In this document: piece after piece, positions 9,599 through 22,873 of the stretch
How the letters are laid out: the number at the start of each line of letters is the position of its first letter
Position numbering within the stretch: the first letter of the stretch is position 1
Assembly (NCBI GenBank): GCA_963717505.1
Contig: OY970342.1
Coordinates: 448,001-512,000 of the forward strand
Origin: Candidatus Eiseniibacteriota bacterium
GTDB taxonomy: Bacteria; Eisenbacteria; RBG-16-71-46
Length of the DNA: 64,000 nt
Direction: 5' to 3'
The notes under the pieces: generated by a model
Told to the model about the DNA's origin: nothing
The model's input: only the letters and a program-made list of their open reading frames with translations
The model's database searches: none
Program-made: the position numbers and the translations under genes

Positions 9599-9727
9599 CT
9601 ACGCGTCGTGACTCGGAATCGTGAGGCAGCCCATGATCGCCACCGGCAGATGCGAGGGCGGGGACGCGAACACTGCCCAGGCGCAGCCGATGAGCTTCAA
9701 CAATCTCCGCCAGTCGTTGGTTTCCAT
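9599..9727 (-). CDS. 42-aa hydrophobic peptide with a Cys pair (below ORF-track cutoff)
   Basis: Strong RBS GGAGGTGA; manual translation METNDWRRLLKLIGCAWAVFASPPSHLPVAIMGCLTIPSHDA*. Confidence 0.7.
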   Translation of the reverse strand: METNDWRRLLKLIGCAWAVFASPPSHLPVAIMGCLTIPSHDA

Positions 9728-9763
9728 GCTTCACCTCCATGTGAGAAGGGGCGCACGGGGACT

Positions 9764-10273
9764 TCAGTGATCGTCGGGCGGCACGCCGTAGCCCTCGCTC
9801 ACCCGGGCGACCTCGGCGCCCGGCGACATCGTGGTCAACAGTCGTCCATCGCGATCGAAGACCAGGGTTTCGCCATAGAGTCGATGCCCCCAGATGTTTC
9901 GCCAGATTCCGGTCGAGTCCCACCAGACCCCGTCGACTCGGGCGCTGCCGAACACGTCGCGCGCCGGACGCAGGCGCTGGTCGACGACCAGGGCCTGGAC
10001 CGTGACGCCGGCGCGCCGGCGGGCCGCGGCTCGCTCGAGGTGTCCCGAGCAGTGCGGGCAGTCGGGATTCACCGGAACCACCCAGTGCTCGTGAGTCGGA
10101 ACCGGATCGCGATCACGAGTGTCGAGCGGCACGAACACCGCGGGATCCCAGCGAGGCTCCCCCCAGTCGCGCTGGCGATCGGCCATCCACGCCGCACCGA
10201 GGGCCCCGACCAGGAGTACCAACGGCGCCGCAAGCGCCCAGCGGCCGATCTGTTGCCGAACTCGCGCGCTCAT
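9764..10273 (-). CDS. Membrane-anchored thioredoxin-like (CxxC) protein
   Basis: N-terminal TM helix, VPVNPDCPHC motif, TLVFDRDGRL tail typical of TlpA/Trx folds; ATGA coupling with the upstream gene. Confidence 0.7.
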   Translation of the reverse strand: MSARVRQQIGRWALAAPLVLLVGALGAAWMADRQRDWGEPRWDPAVFVPLDTRDRDPVPTHEHWVVPVNPDCPHCSGHLERAAARRRAGVTVQALVVDQRLRPARDVFGSARVDGVWWDSTGIWRNIWGHRLYGETLVFDRDGRLLTTMSPGAEVARVSEGYGVPPDDH

Positions 10274-10869
10274 GCGGGGCTCATGCCGCGCATCAGGTCG
10301 AAGCTCCACCACGCGATCAGCTTCACGATCAGCCAGACGATGACCGTGAGCACTAACGGGCGGCGCAGCCGACGGCCGGTTTCCCGGGCCTGAATCGCGG
10401 CAGTCCCCAGTATCCGAGCGAGCGCGAGTAGTCCCACGTCGCCGAAGGCTGCCGCCAGCCCCGGCACCAGGGCCTCGCTCGGCTCGAAATGAACACCCAC
10501 GCCCGCGAACACGGCGAGGACGGAGACCCACGGCTCGGCAACGTCATTCGCGATCGAGCGCAGCGTGCCGGCCCAGGCGTCGGCGAGCGTCAAGGTCGCG
10601 AACCAGGGCAGAGCCGAGACGAACGAGAATCGTTGACCCGAGCTTCGCCACCACAGGAAGTAGAAGAGCGTTTCGCAGGCCGAACCGGTCAGACGCAGCC
10701 CGGCGAGGGCCAACGGCAGCGCGGCGCGGATGGCGTGATCGCCGGCTGCGGGCATCTGGTCGAGGCGGCTCGAACCTACGAGCCACCAGGTTGCGGCGAC
10801 ACCGAGCAACCAGCCGATGCGCACGGCGGGCATGGGAATCGTGGGGCGCGGTATGGCGGCGACGTGCAC
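10270..10869 (-). CDS. Multi-pass membrane protein, Yip1-like
   Basis: RBS GGGAGG, GTG start; about 5 hydrophobic segments; family call from topology only. Confidence 0.6.
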   Translation of the reverse strand: MHVAAIPRPTIPMPAVRIGWLLGVAATWWLVGSSRLDQMPAAGDHAIRAALPLALAGLRLTGSACETLFYFLWWRSSGQRFSFVSALPWFATLTLADAWAGTLRSIANDVAEPWVSVLAVFAGVGVHFEPSEALVPGLAAAFGDVGLLALARILGTAAIQARETGRRLRRPLVLTVIVWLIVKLIAWWSFDLMRGMSPA

Positions 10870-10917
10870 GGGTCCTCCCGGCCGAAGTCCACGCGGGGGC
10901 GGCGAACGCCGGGAATG

Positions 10918-10934
10918 AGCACGCGACGTGCCGG
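10918..10934 (-). promoter_or_regulatory. Putative sigma54 promoter of the peptide cassette
   Basis: CCGGCACGTCGCGTGCT: GG-N10-GC with GGCACG, ~50 nt upstream of the 10869 start. Confidence 0.45.
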
Positions 10935-11085
10935 AGCATGTGTACGGGAATCGGCGCGGAATTCGCGAACCGAGGGCCGTGAATCGCGTCCACGGCAGGG
11001 CGCACCTGTCGCCCGCGTGGACACACCGGAGGTCGGACGTTGGCGGCGGCGCGACGACGCGCGTTTCGGCCGGGTGAATCGAGTT

Positions 11086-12159
<1,074 letters not shown>

Positions 12160-12162
12160 GGC

Positions 12163-13184
12163 TCAGGACCCCGCGGGCGCCGGCTGCGCAGGACTCACTG
12201 GACGAAGGCGATCTCGGCCGGCCGGCCGGCGGCGCGCTCCAGCGCCACCACCTGTCTCGTCGTTGCGCACGCGCTCGAGCGCCGCGATCGCGACCTCGCA
12301 CATGGTCAGGTCGGGCTCGCGCGTGGTCAGCCGCTGGAACTGCATGCCCGGCCAGGTCAGCACCCGGACCCACGGCCGATGCGCGTGACGGCCCGAGAGG
12401 CGGATGAACTCGAACGCCACCCCGGCGATCAGCGGCATGCAGGCGATGCGCAGCAGGTGGTCGCCGATCCCGCGCGGCTTGCCGATGAACGTGAACACCA
12501 CGATGCTGACTACCACCACCAGGAACAGGAACGACGTGCCGCAGCGCGGATGGAAGCGCGAGAAGCTCTGGACGCTCTCCGGCGTCGAGCGGCGCGCGGT
12601 TCTCGAGCGCATGGATCGCCTTGTGCTCGGCGCCGTGGTAGCCGAGGACCCGCGCCATCTCCTTCCACTGGCTGATCAGCAGTCAGGTAGAGCAGGAACG
12701 CGAGCAGGCGAAACAAGCCGTCGACCAGACCGAAGCCGATCCGGTCGTGAAACCCGAGCCAGCCGGTGATCTTCGCGGGCAACACCACGAACAACAGCAG
12801 TCCGAGGCCGAAGGCGATCACCAGCGACAGGATCTGTGCGGCCGCACCCAGGCCGCTTTCCTTCTTGGGCTCGGCAACGCCTTCGGCCCCCGCAGGAACC
12901 GTCTCCTTGGCCGCTTCGTCGGCGCTGAAGTTGAGCGCGGTGATGCCCAGATAGAGCGTCTCGAACAGCGAGACGGCGCCGCGCAGCACCGGCAGCCCGA
13001 GCAGCTTGAAGCGACGCGTGATCGAAGCGTACGGCTTCTCGAGAAACGCGATCGTGCCGTCGGTGCGCCGCACGGCGACCGCGATCCGCGACGGCGAACG
13101 CATCATCACGCCTTCGATCACGGCCTGGCCACCAACGGGCAGGAACGGCACCAACGACCTCCAGGGCAGCGCAACGGCCTCCAC
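12163..13184 (-). CDS. DUF1385 (YqhQ-like) membrane protein, frameshifted
   Basis: VGGQAVIEGVMMR, YHGAEHK, RFHPRCGTSF and QRLTTREP in successive frames; canonical position between rpmE and prfA; start approximate. Confidence 0.85.
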
Positions 13185-13221
13185 CGGGATGCGTTTCCCG
13201 GGGAGGCCGCATGGAACGAAG

Positions 13222-13468
13222 CTAGGACGCGGCGGCTTCGGCCTTCTCGTCCTTCTTGTCATCCTTCTTCAGGTAGCGCTTGCGGAACCGCTCGACGCGT
13301 CCCGCCTTGTCGACCAGCTTCTGCTTGCCGGTGAAGAATGGATGACAGCTCGGCGCAGATTTCGACGTGCATCTCGTCCTTGTCGTAGGTCGAACGGGTT
13401 TCGAACGAATTCCCGCACACGCAGACGACCTTGACCGGCTTGTAAACGGGGTGGATTCCAGCCTTCAT
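13222..13468 (-). CDS. rpmE: 50S ribosomal protein L31 (Zn-binding type), one frameshift
   Basis: [27 protein letters not shown]...EIC, then in another frame [25 protein letters not shown]. Confidence 0.92.
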
Positions 13469-13608
13469 GGGAGTTCCTTTCTGCATTCGAATGACCGGGG
13501 CACTGTCCTCGGTCCCGAAGCGAGTGCCGGCCCCGCGAGGGAGGCCCGGCGTCAAACGGCCGAGTACCCTATCACAGGTGTGGAAGTCCGGCCACCCGGC
13601 GTCTCGGA

Positions 13609-14646
13609 TCAGTACGTCCAGCCGATCGTGAACTTGAGTGTCCAGTCGTTGTTGGTGCCGCCGACCGGCGGGTCGCTGTCGTAGCTCTCGGAGGCGATGA
13701 GCCCGACGGTGAAGTCCTTGATGATCTCGCGTTTGGCGTTGATGTCGCCTTCGGCGCGAACTCGATTCTTGGTCAGGTTTCGGTACCCCGTCGCGTATAC
13801 GTTGATGTTGGCCTTGGGGAAATCGTAGCCGAACAACGACCAGCCGAGTCCGATCACCGCTTCGGTGTTCCAGCGACTGTCATCCCGATTGGGGTTTTCC
13901 ACGTTGCCGCTGATCCCCGCCCCGACTCCCAGCAGGCTCGAGTTCGTCTGAACCATGTAGCGTCCGCCGAACAAGCCCAACGAGGCACGAAGGTCGAGGG
14001 CCAACTCGCTATTGCGTTCGCTTTCGGTCGTCGCTTGAGCGAACCACCGGTTGGTGAGCACCTTGGCGTATCGGAGCGTCAGGTTGGAACGGTCGACGTC
14101 GGCGATGCTGTCCTGGTGGGTCACCTGCGAGCTTCCCGAGAGCGACGCAATTCGCTCGGCGGTGCGGTACTCGATCGAAAAATCGAACGACATCTGCACC
14201 AGATGATTGGCTCGCGCCAGGTAGAGGCCGAGGTCCACGCTGCCGTCGAGCTGTTTGAGGAAACTCTGTTCGAGCGGCCGGATGTGAATGATCGACAGCA
14301 CCCCGACCAACGCGGAGTCCGAATATCCGACGATGCGCAGGAGGCCGACGCTCGGCGCCGCGAGCAGCGCGCCATAAACGCGGCGGCCGGTGTCCAGCTC
14401 GACGTCGAAGATGCGAGCCGCCGTCAGGCTCGCGACTTTCGTCCACTCGACGTAGATAGTGCCGGCATCGTCGGTGCTGTACTCGAGCTGACCGCGGTCG
14501 AGTCCTTTGACCTCACCGGTGATCCGGTCGCCGTTCCGGAGCACCAGGACGTCGGTCTTGGCCGCGAGGGCCGTTCCGGACCCGGCCGCGCTCAGGAATA
14601 GCGCGCAGGCGACGGCCGTGGCGGCGCGCCTCAGTCGATCTCCCAC
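13609..14646 (-). CDS. DUF481-like outer-membrane beta-barrel protein
   Basis: Signal peptide, [17 protein letters not shown]-domain, alternating beta strands, aromatic C-terminus FTIGWTY; start approximate. Confidence 0.75.
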   Translation of the reverse strand: MGDRLRRAATAVACALFLSAAGSGTALAAKTDVLVLRNGDRITGEVKGLDRGQLEYSTDDAGTIYVEWTKVASLTAARIFDVELDTGRRVYGALLAAPSVGLLRIVGYSDSALVGVLSIIHIRPLEQSFLKQLDGSVDLGLYLARANHLVQMSFDFSIEYRTAERIASLSGSSQVTHQDSIADVDRSNLTLRYAKVLTNRWFAQATTESERNSELALDLRASLGLFGGRYMVQTNSSLLGVGAGISGNVENPNRDDSRWNTEAVIGLGWSLFGYDFPKANINVYATGYRNLTKNRVRAEGDINAKREIIKDFTVGLIASESYDSDPPVGGTNNDWTLKFTIGWTY

Positions 14647-15191
14647 TCTCCCGCCGCCAGGCGGGGCAGCAGGGGGCTCAGGATCCGGTAGCTGGCGCCC
14701 CACAGTCGGTGCGCGCCGACGCGGTAGTATGGAATGCGGCGTCCGGGCAGCAGGAGTTCAGTTTCGTCGTGCGCTTCGGGCGCCAGCAGGTCGCTCACCG
14801 CCACCTCGAGGATTTCAGCGACTTCGGACGGTTCCGGCCGCCACGCCGCGGGACGGACGATGCGGCCGAGGAACGGCGCGATGCGATAACCGGTGGTGAA
14901 AGTCTCGATCACGTCCAGCGATTCCAACATCGTGACCGCGTCGCGCGCAAGTCCGACTTCCTCTTCGGCCTCGCGGAGCGCGGTGTCGAGCAGCGTGGCG
15001 TCGCCGGGCTCGCGGTTGCCACCGGGGAACGCGAGCTGTCCGCCGTGGATCCCGCGTTCGGTGCGCCGGACGATCACCAGCCGCAGGTCGCCTTCCGTGT
15101 CACGATACACGGGAACGAGCACCGCGGCATCGCGCAGCGACGGCTGGCGCGAGCGGCGCGCCTGCGATTCACTCATGGGTGTAGAACTCAC
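14631..15191 (-). CDS. Nudix hydrolase, CoA pyrophosphatase type
   Basis: AAVLVP, HGGQLAFPGG...TALREAEEEVGL Nudix box, LWGAS. Confidence 0.9.
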   Translation of the reverse strand: MSSTPMSESQARRSRQPSLRDAAVLVPVYRDTEGDLRLVIVRRTERGIHGGQLAFPGGNREPGDATLLDTALREAEEEVGLARDAVTMLESLDVIETFTTGYRIAPFLGRIVRPAAWRPEPSEVAEILEVAVSDLLAPEAHDETELLLPGRRIPYYRVGAHRLWGASYRILSPLLPRLAAGEWEID

Positions 15192-15242
15192 GACCGCACT
15201 ATGCCACGGCCGCCGACCGGATGCAGGCCGTCTACAGATGTC

Positions 15243-16115
15243 CTACGGCGTGGCGGCCTCCGCCATGCGATCCGTGATCACCGTTCGCTCGTGGAGCGGC
15301 TGGACTGGTCGGCTGTTGCCGTCGAGGATCGCGCGGAACGTTCGGATCTGCTCGCTCGAAAGCTGGACCGGGGTGGTGAGCACCAGCCACTTCACGCCCT
15401 CCGAGCACGGCGGCGTGGTGAATGAGCCCTCGTAGCGGTAAGTCGAGCGATCGGCGGGCAGCAGGTCGTCGATGTCGATCTGAACGTGCTCGAGGTGGGT
15501 CTCGACGCTCTTCTCCTTCGGCAGGTTCGCCCACACCGGATCGAATGCGGCATTGTGAGCGCCCTCTTCGATGAACACCCCGACGACCGCGAGCCCGCCG
15601 GTGGCGGACATGTGCGCCAGGTGCATCTCCATCGGGAAGTGTTTTCCCTTCACCGTGTGCTCGCTCGGGCTGTGAAAATGGTACTGAACCAGCGCAAAAG
15701 CCTCGCCGCCGACCGTGAGCGTGTCTCCGCCCGCGACATTCACCTGAATCGAGTGCCCGGTGTTCACAACGTCTTCTTGATGCTCGTGGTGCACGATTCG
15801 CAGCGTGGCCGGGCCGTACTGCATGCGAGGCTCCGGCGTCTTGCCGGCGGCCGCGGCGCCGAAATCGATTGGCGACTGGTGCTTGCCCTCGGCGCAGTCG
15901 ATGAACTCGGGGCTCAAGCCACCCCAGGAAGCAGGGCCATGCTCCGGGCCGTAGTCCCAGTGCGGAGCTTCCGGCTGAGACGCGTTCGAATGCGTTTGGG
16001 CCTGTGTGGCTTCCGGCGGGGAGGATTTCTGCGACCTTCCACCGCACGAGGTGGCCGCCACCAGCAGAACACCGGTGAACAGCGCCAAGAAACCTGAAGC
16101 CAGCGAACGATTCAT
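15243..16115 (-). CDS. Alpha-class carbonic anhydrase (lipoprotein)
   Basis: Lipobox ATSC; [41 protein letters not shown]. Confidence 0.95.
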   Translation of the reverse strand: MNRSLASGFLALFTGVLLVAATSCGGRSQKSSPPEATQAQTHSNASQPEAPHWDYGPEHGPASWGGLSPEFIDCAEGKHQSPIDFGAAAAGKTPEPRMQYGPATLRIVHHEHQEDVVNTGHSIQVNVAGGDTLTVGGEAFALVQYHFHSPSEHTVKGKHFPMEMHLAHMSATGGLAVVGVFIEEGAHNAAFDPVWANLPKEKSVETHLEHVQIDIDDLLPADRSTYRYEGSFTTPPCSEGVKWLVLTTPVQLSSEQIRTFRAILDGNSRPVQPLHERTVITDRMAEAATP

Positions 16116-16146
16116 GGTTGTGGCGGCCGCGAGCCCGATGGGGATG

Positions 16147-17463
<1,317 letters not shown>

Positions 17464-17688
17464 GGGATTGAACGAGTGAGAGGGCGGTATCGGGGCTCGG
17501 CGCCGGATCCTCCGGTGCCTGGAGTCTGAGGGTGTTGGACTGCCGGGTGCGGGCGGCCTCCTGCCTGCCTTAGAGATGGATTTCGATGATGACCTGCGTG
17601 CCTTGAACGGCGAGGAAGGCGGTCCCGGGGACTTGGGTCCGCTCGTTACTTTGGGGCGGGATTTGCGGCCGACCCGAAGCTGGAACCA

Positions 17689-17717
17689 AGCCTAGGGGTG
17701 CCTTCGAGCAGTGTCAA
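17689..17717 (-). promoter_or_regulatory. sigma70 promoter of rho (long ~220-nt leader)
   Basis: TTGACA-N17-TAGGCT on the minus strand. Confidence 0.65.
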
Positions 17718-17765
17718 GACCCGAGTTGGAGCCCCATTTGGCCGTCGTCGATCCGAATGCCAGGG

Positions 17766-17801
17766 AAAAAGGCCGCGCTCCGGCCCGTGGGACCGGAGCG
17801 C
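17766..17801 (-). terminator. Intrinsic terminator
   Basis: 12-bp stem GCGCTCCGGTCC/GGGCCGGAGCGC (one G-U) followed after 4 nt by TTTTT. Confidence 0.75.
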
Positions 17802-17887
17802 TGTTCAGGGAGATTGGGCGGGGTCGAGATCACGTCGGAGATGGCAGGCTGGGCTGGGTAGGACGCGACCTCAGGGCCCCCGCTTGA
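17766..17887 (-). ncRNA. Candidate sigma54-dependent sRNA (~120 nt)
   Basis: Bounded by a sigma54 promoter and an intrinsic terminator; no credible ORF; C-rich with repeated AUCUCC. Confidence 0.5.
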
Positions 17888-17897
17888 TCCAGTACAC

Positions 17898-17914
17898 GGC
17901 AACCCATGTGCCAG
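17898..17914 (-). promoter_or_regulatory. sigma54 (-24/-12) promoter
   Basis: CTGGCACATGGGTTGCC matches TGGCAC-N5-TTGC. Confidence 0.75.
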
Positions 17915-18120
17915 CGGACGTCGGGTCGTTCGACCCGGTTCCGGGCGCGCTCTGACAGGACTTGGAGCGGGGTGGTCTCGCAGCCGTGCAAAAACGTGGT
18001 GCTGCACATGATTCATTCCGCATCGGCGTGCACCCCGATTCGCAACGATGAACATCCGGCGGCGGTGCGGTCCGCCTTTGGACCACGCCTACTTCGCCTG
18101 GGTCTCTCGGCGCCGCGCGG

Positions 18121-18807
18121 TCAGGGGCGACCGTTCGCCGTCGGCAGTCGCTCGAACGGGACGGTCAGCGCGATCTCGGTGGACTCGGCCTCGCAGCCAA
18201 AAGGCAGGGAATCGACCTTCGTGGTGATCTGAAGGGTCTCGGCCCGGCCGTCGATCCGGATCGGAACCAGCCTCAGGCTGTCGAGACGGTCTACTTCGTG
18301 TCGGGGGCCGCGAACCATCACCCGTTCCGGCGCCACCTTGAAGGCGCCCGACCAGGTCCATCCCGCGCGCGGTGCACCCGAGATGCGTGGCGCCACCGGA
18401 AACGAGCGCTCAACGGCGCCGTCGATCTCGAGGCTGATCACCCGTGGACTGATCACTCGCTGGACCTCGATCTGCTCCTCGACCAGCAGGGGAAGGTCGT
18501 CGGCCACGATCGTGCGTTCGTAGCGCCCGGGCCCGACCCCCGAGAGCGACACTTTGAGACGCGGCTCGGTGAGCCGGATGCGCAGGAGCTGCTTGCCGGT
18601 GCCCCGTAGCTCGGCGCGCACGGGCTCGTGCGGCGGGCCGACCAGGGCCAGGGTATCCGCGAGGCCGATGATCTCGAGCGGGAAGCTGACTTCCATGACC
18701 GCCGGCCGCTCGGTGTAGACGTGGAGGTAGAGCGCCAGCGCAAGCAACAAGGCGACCAGCTTGATCCCGAGGTTGTCGAACAGGAGACCGCGCAGGAAGG
18801 AGAGCAT
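18121..18807 (-). CDS. CdaR/YbbR-like protein
   Basis: DNLGIKLVALLLALALY N-terminal anchor, two YbbR-like beta domains (VAPERVMVRGP). Confidence 0.75.
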   Translation of the reverse strand: MLSFLRGLLFDNLGIKLVALLLALALYLHVYTERPAVMEVSFPLEIIGLADTLALVGPPHEPVRAELRGTGKQLLRIRLTEPRLKVSLSGVGPGRYERTIVADDLPLLVEEQIEVQRVISPRVISLEIDGAVERSFPVAPRISGAPRAGWTWSGAFKVAPERVMVRGPRHEVDRLDSLRLVPIRIDGRAETLQITTKVDSLPFGCEAESTEIALTVPFERLPTANGRP

Positions 18808-18816
18808 CGGCGGATA

Positions 18817-20247
<1,431 letters not shown>

Positions 20248-20248
20248 G

Positions 20249-21634
20249 TCAGTCCCTTCGGCGCGGCAACCGTACCACGCAGCGTGTGCCGCGCCCGGGC
20301 TCGCTGTCGATCGCGAGCGAGCCGCCGCCCGACTCGACCAGTCGCCGGCTCAGGAAGAGACCGAGCCCGCTGCCCTGCGCCTTGGTCGTGTAGAACGGAT
20401 TGCCGAGGCGCGCGAGGACTTCTTTCGGAATTCCCGGCCCCTGATCGGTGATCTCGATCTCGAAGTGCCCGCCGCGCTCGGCGCGCTGGAGGGTCAGTCG
20501 GCCGCCCTCGGGCATGGCATCGGCGGCATTCAGGATCAGGTTCAGGAACACCTGCTTGAGCGACTCGGCGTCGAGCCGGACCGGCGCCGGTTCGAATGTC
20601 GCCGGACGGACCACGTGGATCTTACGAGCCTCGAGCTCGCCCTCGAGCAGGTCGAGGGTCGCGGTCAGCGCCGCCGCGGCGTCGCTCCCCGCTTCGGCCG
20701 CCGGGTCCGTGCTGCGTGCGAAGTCCAGGTAACGATTGACCGTGCGACTGAGACGGTCGACCTCTTCGACGATGAACTGGTTCATGCGCTCGGCTTCGGG
20801 CTCGAGCTTCCCCAATCGCGCCGCGGAGCCGCGAATGATCGCGAGCGGGTTCTTGATCTCGTGCGCGAGGGTGGCGGTCATGCGTCCCATGGCCGCGAGG
20901 TTCTCGGCGCGCGACAGCCGGTGCTCGAGCCGTGCCGCCGACCACGCGGCCCGCGCCAGCAGCAACCCGAACACGCCCATCGCCGCCACCAGCACCGCGG
21001 TGATCAACGCCAGCGAACGCCGGAAATCGCCGAGCGCCGGCAGGTAGTCGACCTGGGACTCGACGGTGACCACGCCGGCGACGATTCCGGTTTCGCTCAG
21101 GACCGGCGTCAGCGCGTGCTGGACGAGCCGGCGCCCGGCCAGTCGCGGATCGGTGACTTCGGTCTTCCCCTCGAGTGCGCGCCGGAGTTCCCCCGGAAAC
21201 GATTCCGCGAGCGGACTCGGCTGCCGCTGCTGGACCGGCTCGACGCAGTCGTAGATCACGATCCCGGCGGTATCGAGCACGGTGGCGTTGGCCACGCCCG
21301 AGGTCGCGCGCAGCTCCTCGAGCAGGACCTGAAGGTTGCCGTAGCCGACGCCTTCGTCGCCCAGACGGCGCGCGTCCTCGATGTCGAGTGCGCTGACCTG
21401 GGAGGCCAACGTGCCGGCGACACTGGTCAGGCGGCTGCGGAACTCGTTCGCCAGCGCGTCGCGCACCGCACGATACGAAAACCACGACAGGAGCACCGTG
21501 ACCAGGACCGCAAAGGCCGCGAACGCGAATGTGGCCAGGACCGAGCGCTGCAGGTTCCCTCCCTGGGAGGTACCGGGCGTGCTACGAAGCGTCCTGCTCC
21601 CGGAGGATCGGGTCGCCGACGCCGAAGGCGCCAC
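20249..21634 (-). CDS. Membrane sensor histidine kinase
   Basis: Two TM helices, LAHEIKNPL, NLILNA, DQGPGI, GSGLGL; start approximate. Confidence 0.92.
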   Translation of the reverse strand: MAPSASATRSSGSRTLRSTPGTSQGGNLQRSVLATFAFAAFAVLVTVLLSWFSYRAVRDALANEFRSRLTSVAGTLASQVSALDIEDARRLGDEGVGYGNLQVLLEELRATSGVANATVLDTAGIVIYDCVEPVQQRQPSPLAESFPGELRRALEGKTEVTDPRLAGRRLVQHALTPVLSETGIVAGVVTVESQVDYLPALGDFRRSLALITAVLVAAMGVFGLLLARAAWSAARLEHRLSRAENLAAMGRMTATLAHEIKNPLAIIRGSAARLGKLEPEAERMNQFIVEEVDRLSRTVNRYLDFARSTDPAAEAGSDAAAALTATLDLLEGELEARKIHVVRPATFEPAPVRLDAESLKQVFLNLILNAADAMPEGGRLTLQRAERGGHFEIEITDQGPGIPKEVLARLGNPFYTTKAQGSGLGLFLSRRLVESGGGSLAIDSEPGRGTRCVVRLPRRRD

Positions 21635-22049
21635 CCTGGACGACGCGAACGAACCGTCCGCGGCGGCCCTCGAGTATCTCGAGCAAGCCGGGGCGGATCT
21701 CGTTCATGCGCTCGCACGGCGCGCACGGGCCGCCGACTTCGAACAACGCCTCGCCGATTCTCAGCTTCTGACCGTCGGCGAGATCGTCGAGACGCAGGCC
21801 ACGCACCGTGACCTGCTCGCGAATGCTCCCGGGCGCCAGGCCGAGCGAATCGAGCACTTCCTGCTCGACCAGGAGGACCTGACGATGGTGGCCCTTGCGT
21901 GCGTGGCGGTCGCCTTCGATCCCCTGATTCTCGAGAGCCCGCGCGCGCGCCATCGGGCGCGGCACCGACCGGCTGCCGGGACCGGGACTCACGTGGAGCG
22001 CGACCACCTCGCCCACGCCGATGCGCGACTCGGCTTCGCGCGCGCTCAT
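21582..22049 (-). CDS. MOSC domain protein
   Basis: GIEGDRH, RQVLL, LRIGEALFEV, PCAPCERM; ATGA overlap with the phosphatase stop. Confidence 0.85.
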   Translation of the reverse strand: MSAREAESRIGVGEVVALHVSPGPGSRSVPRPMARARALENQGIEGDRHARKGHHRQVLLVEQEVLDSLGLAPGSIREQVTVRGLRLDDLADGQKLRIGEALFEVGGPCAPCERMNEIRPGLLEILEGRRGRFVRVVQGGAFGVGDPILREQDAS

Positions 22050-22780
22050 GACGCCCCCTGGTAGCGCGCGAGGATCAACGTGATGTTGTCGGGGCCGCCG
22101 CGCGAGCGCGCGAGCTCGATCAACTCCCGGCACGCGCGATCGAGGTCGGGTCCTGCTGCATGCGATGCCAGCTCGTCGTCGGTGGCCAGTCCGTGCAGGC
22201 CGTCGGTCGACAGGACCAACGTATCGCCCGACGCCAGGGCCAGCGAGCCGCCGTCGACCTCGATGTTGGGGGAGACACCGACACTGCGGGTGACCACGTT
22301 GCGCCGCGGGTCCGAGCGCGCCTCTTCGGGTGTCAGGTGGTTCGACTCGAGCAGTTGCGCGACCAGCGAGTGGTCGCGGGTGATCTGCGAGATCGCCCCG
22401 TTGCGCACCAGGTACAGCCTGCTATCCCCGACGTGCGCAAAAGTCAGCTGCGGACCATGGACCGCGACTACGGTGCAGGTGGTGCCCATTCCACGGTGGT
22501 CGCTGTCGGTCTGACTCTGGTGGTGGATGATGCGGTTCGCACCCTCGATCACATTGCGGAGCCCGTCGGGGGTCACGCCGTCCAGGACCGGGGCCTGCTC
22601 CATGACGTGATCGACCGCCAATTGGCTGGCGATCTCGCCCGCGCGCGCCCCACCCATGCCGTCGGCGACGACCAGTACCGCCCAGGACGGGTCGCGATCC
22701 GAAACCCACGAGGCGAACCGATCCTCGTTTTGCGGGCGTTTGAGGCCGACGTCGGTAAGGGAGGAGACGACGAGGGTCAT
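22046..22780 (-). CDS. PP2C-type Ser/Thr protein phosphatase (Stp1/PrpC)
   Basis: TDVGLKRPQNED, VADGMGG, GMGTT, HVGDSR, STDGL, GGPDNIT. Confidence 0.93.
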   Translation of the reverse strand: MTLVVSSLTDVGLKRPQNEDRFASWVSDRDPSWAVLVVADGMGGARAGEIASQLAVDHVMEQAPVLDGVTPDGLRNVIEGANRIIHHQSQTDSDHRGMGTTCTVVAVHGPQLTFAHVGDSRLYLVRNGAISQITRDHSLVAQLLESNHLTPEEARSDPRRNVVTRSVGVSPNIEVDGGSLALASGDTLVLSTDGLHGLATDDELASHAAGPDLDRACRELIELARSRGGPDNITLILARYQGAS

Positions 22781-22873
22781 GGCTTTATTGTGTCCAGACC
22801 GGCTCCGAATTTCAACGCGGCGGGGCAGCCGATACTCGGCCGCCCCGCACACGACATCTCGACGACATCGGGA

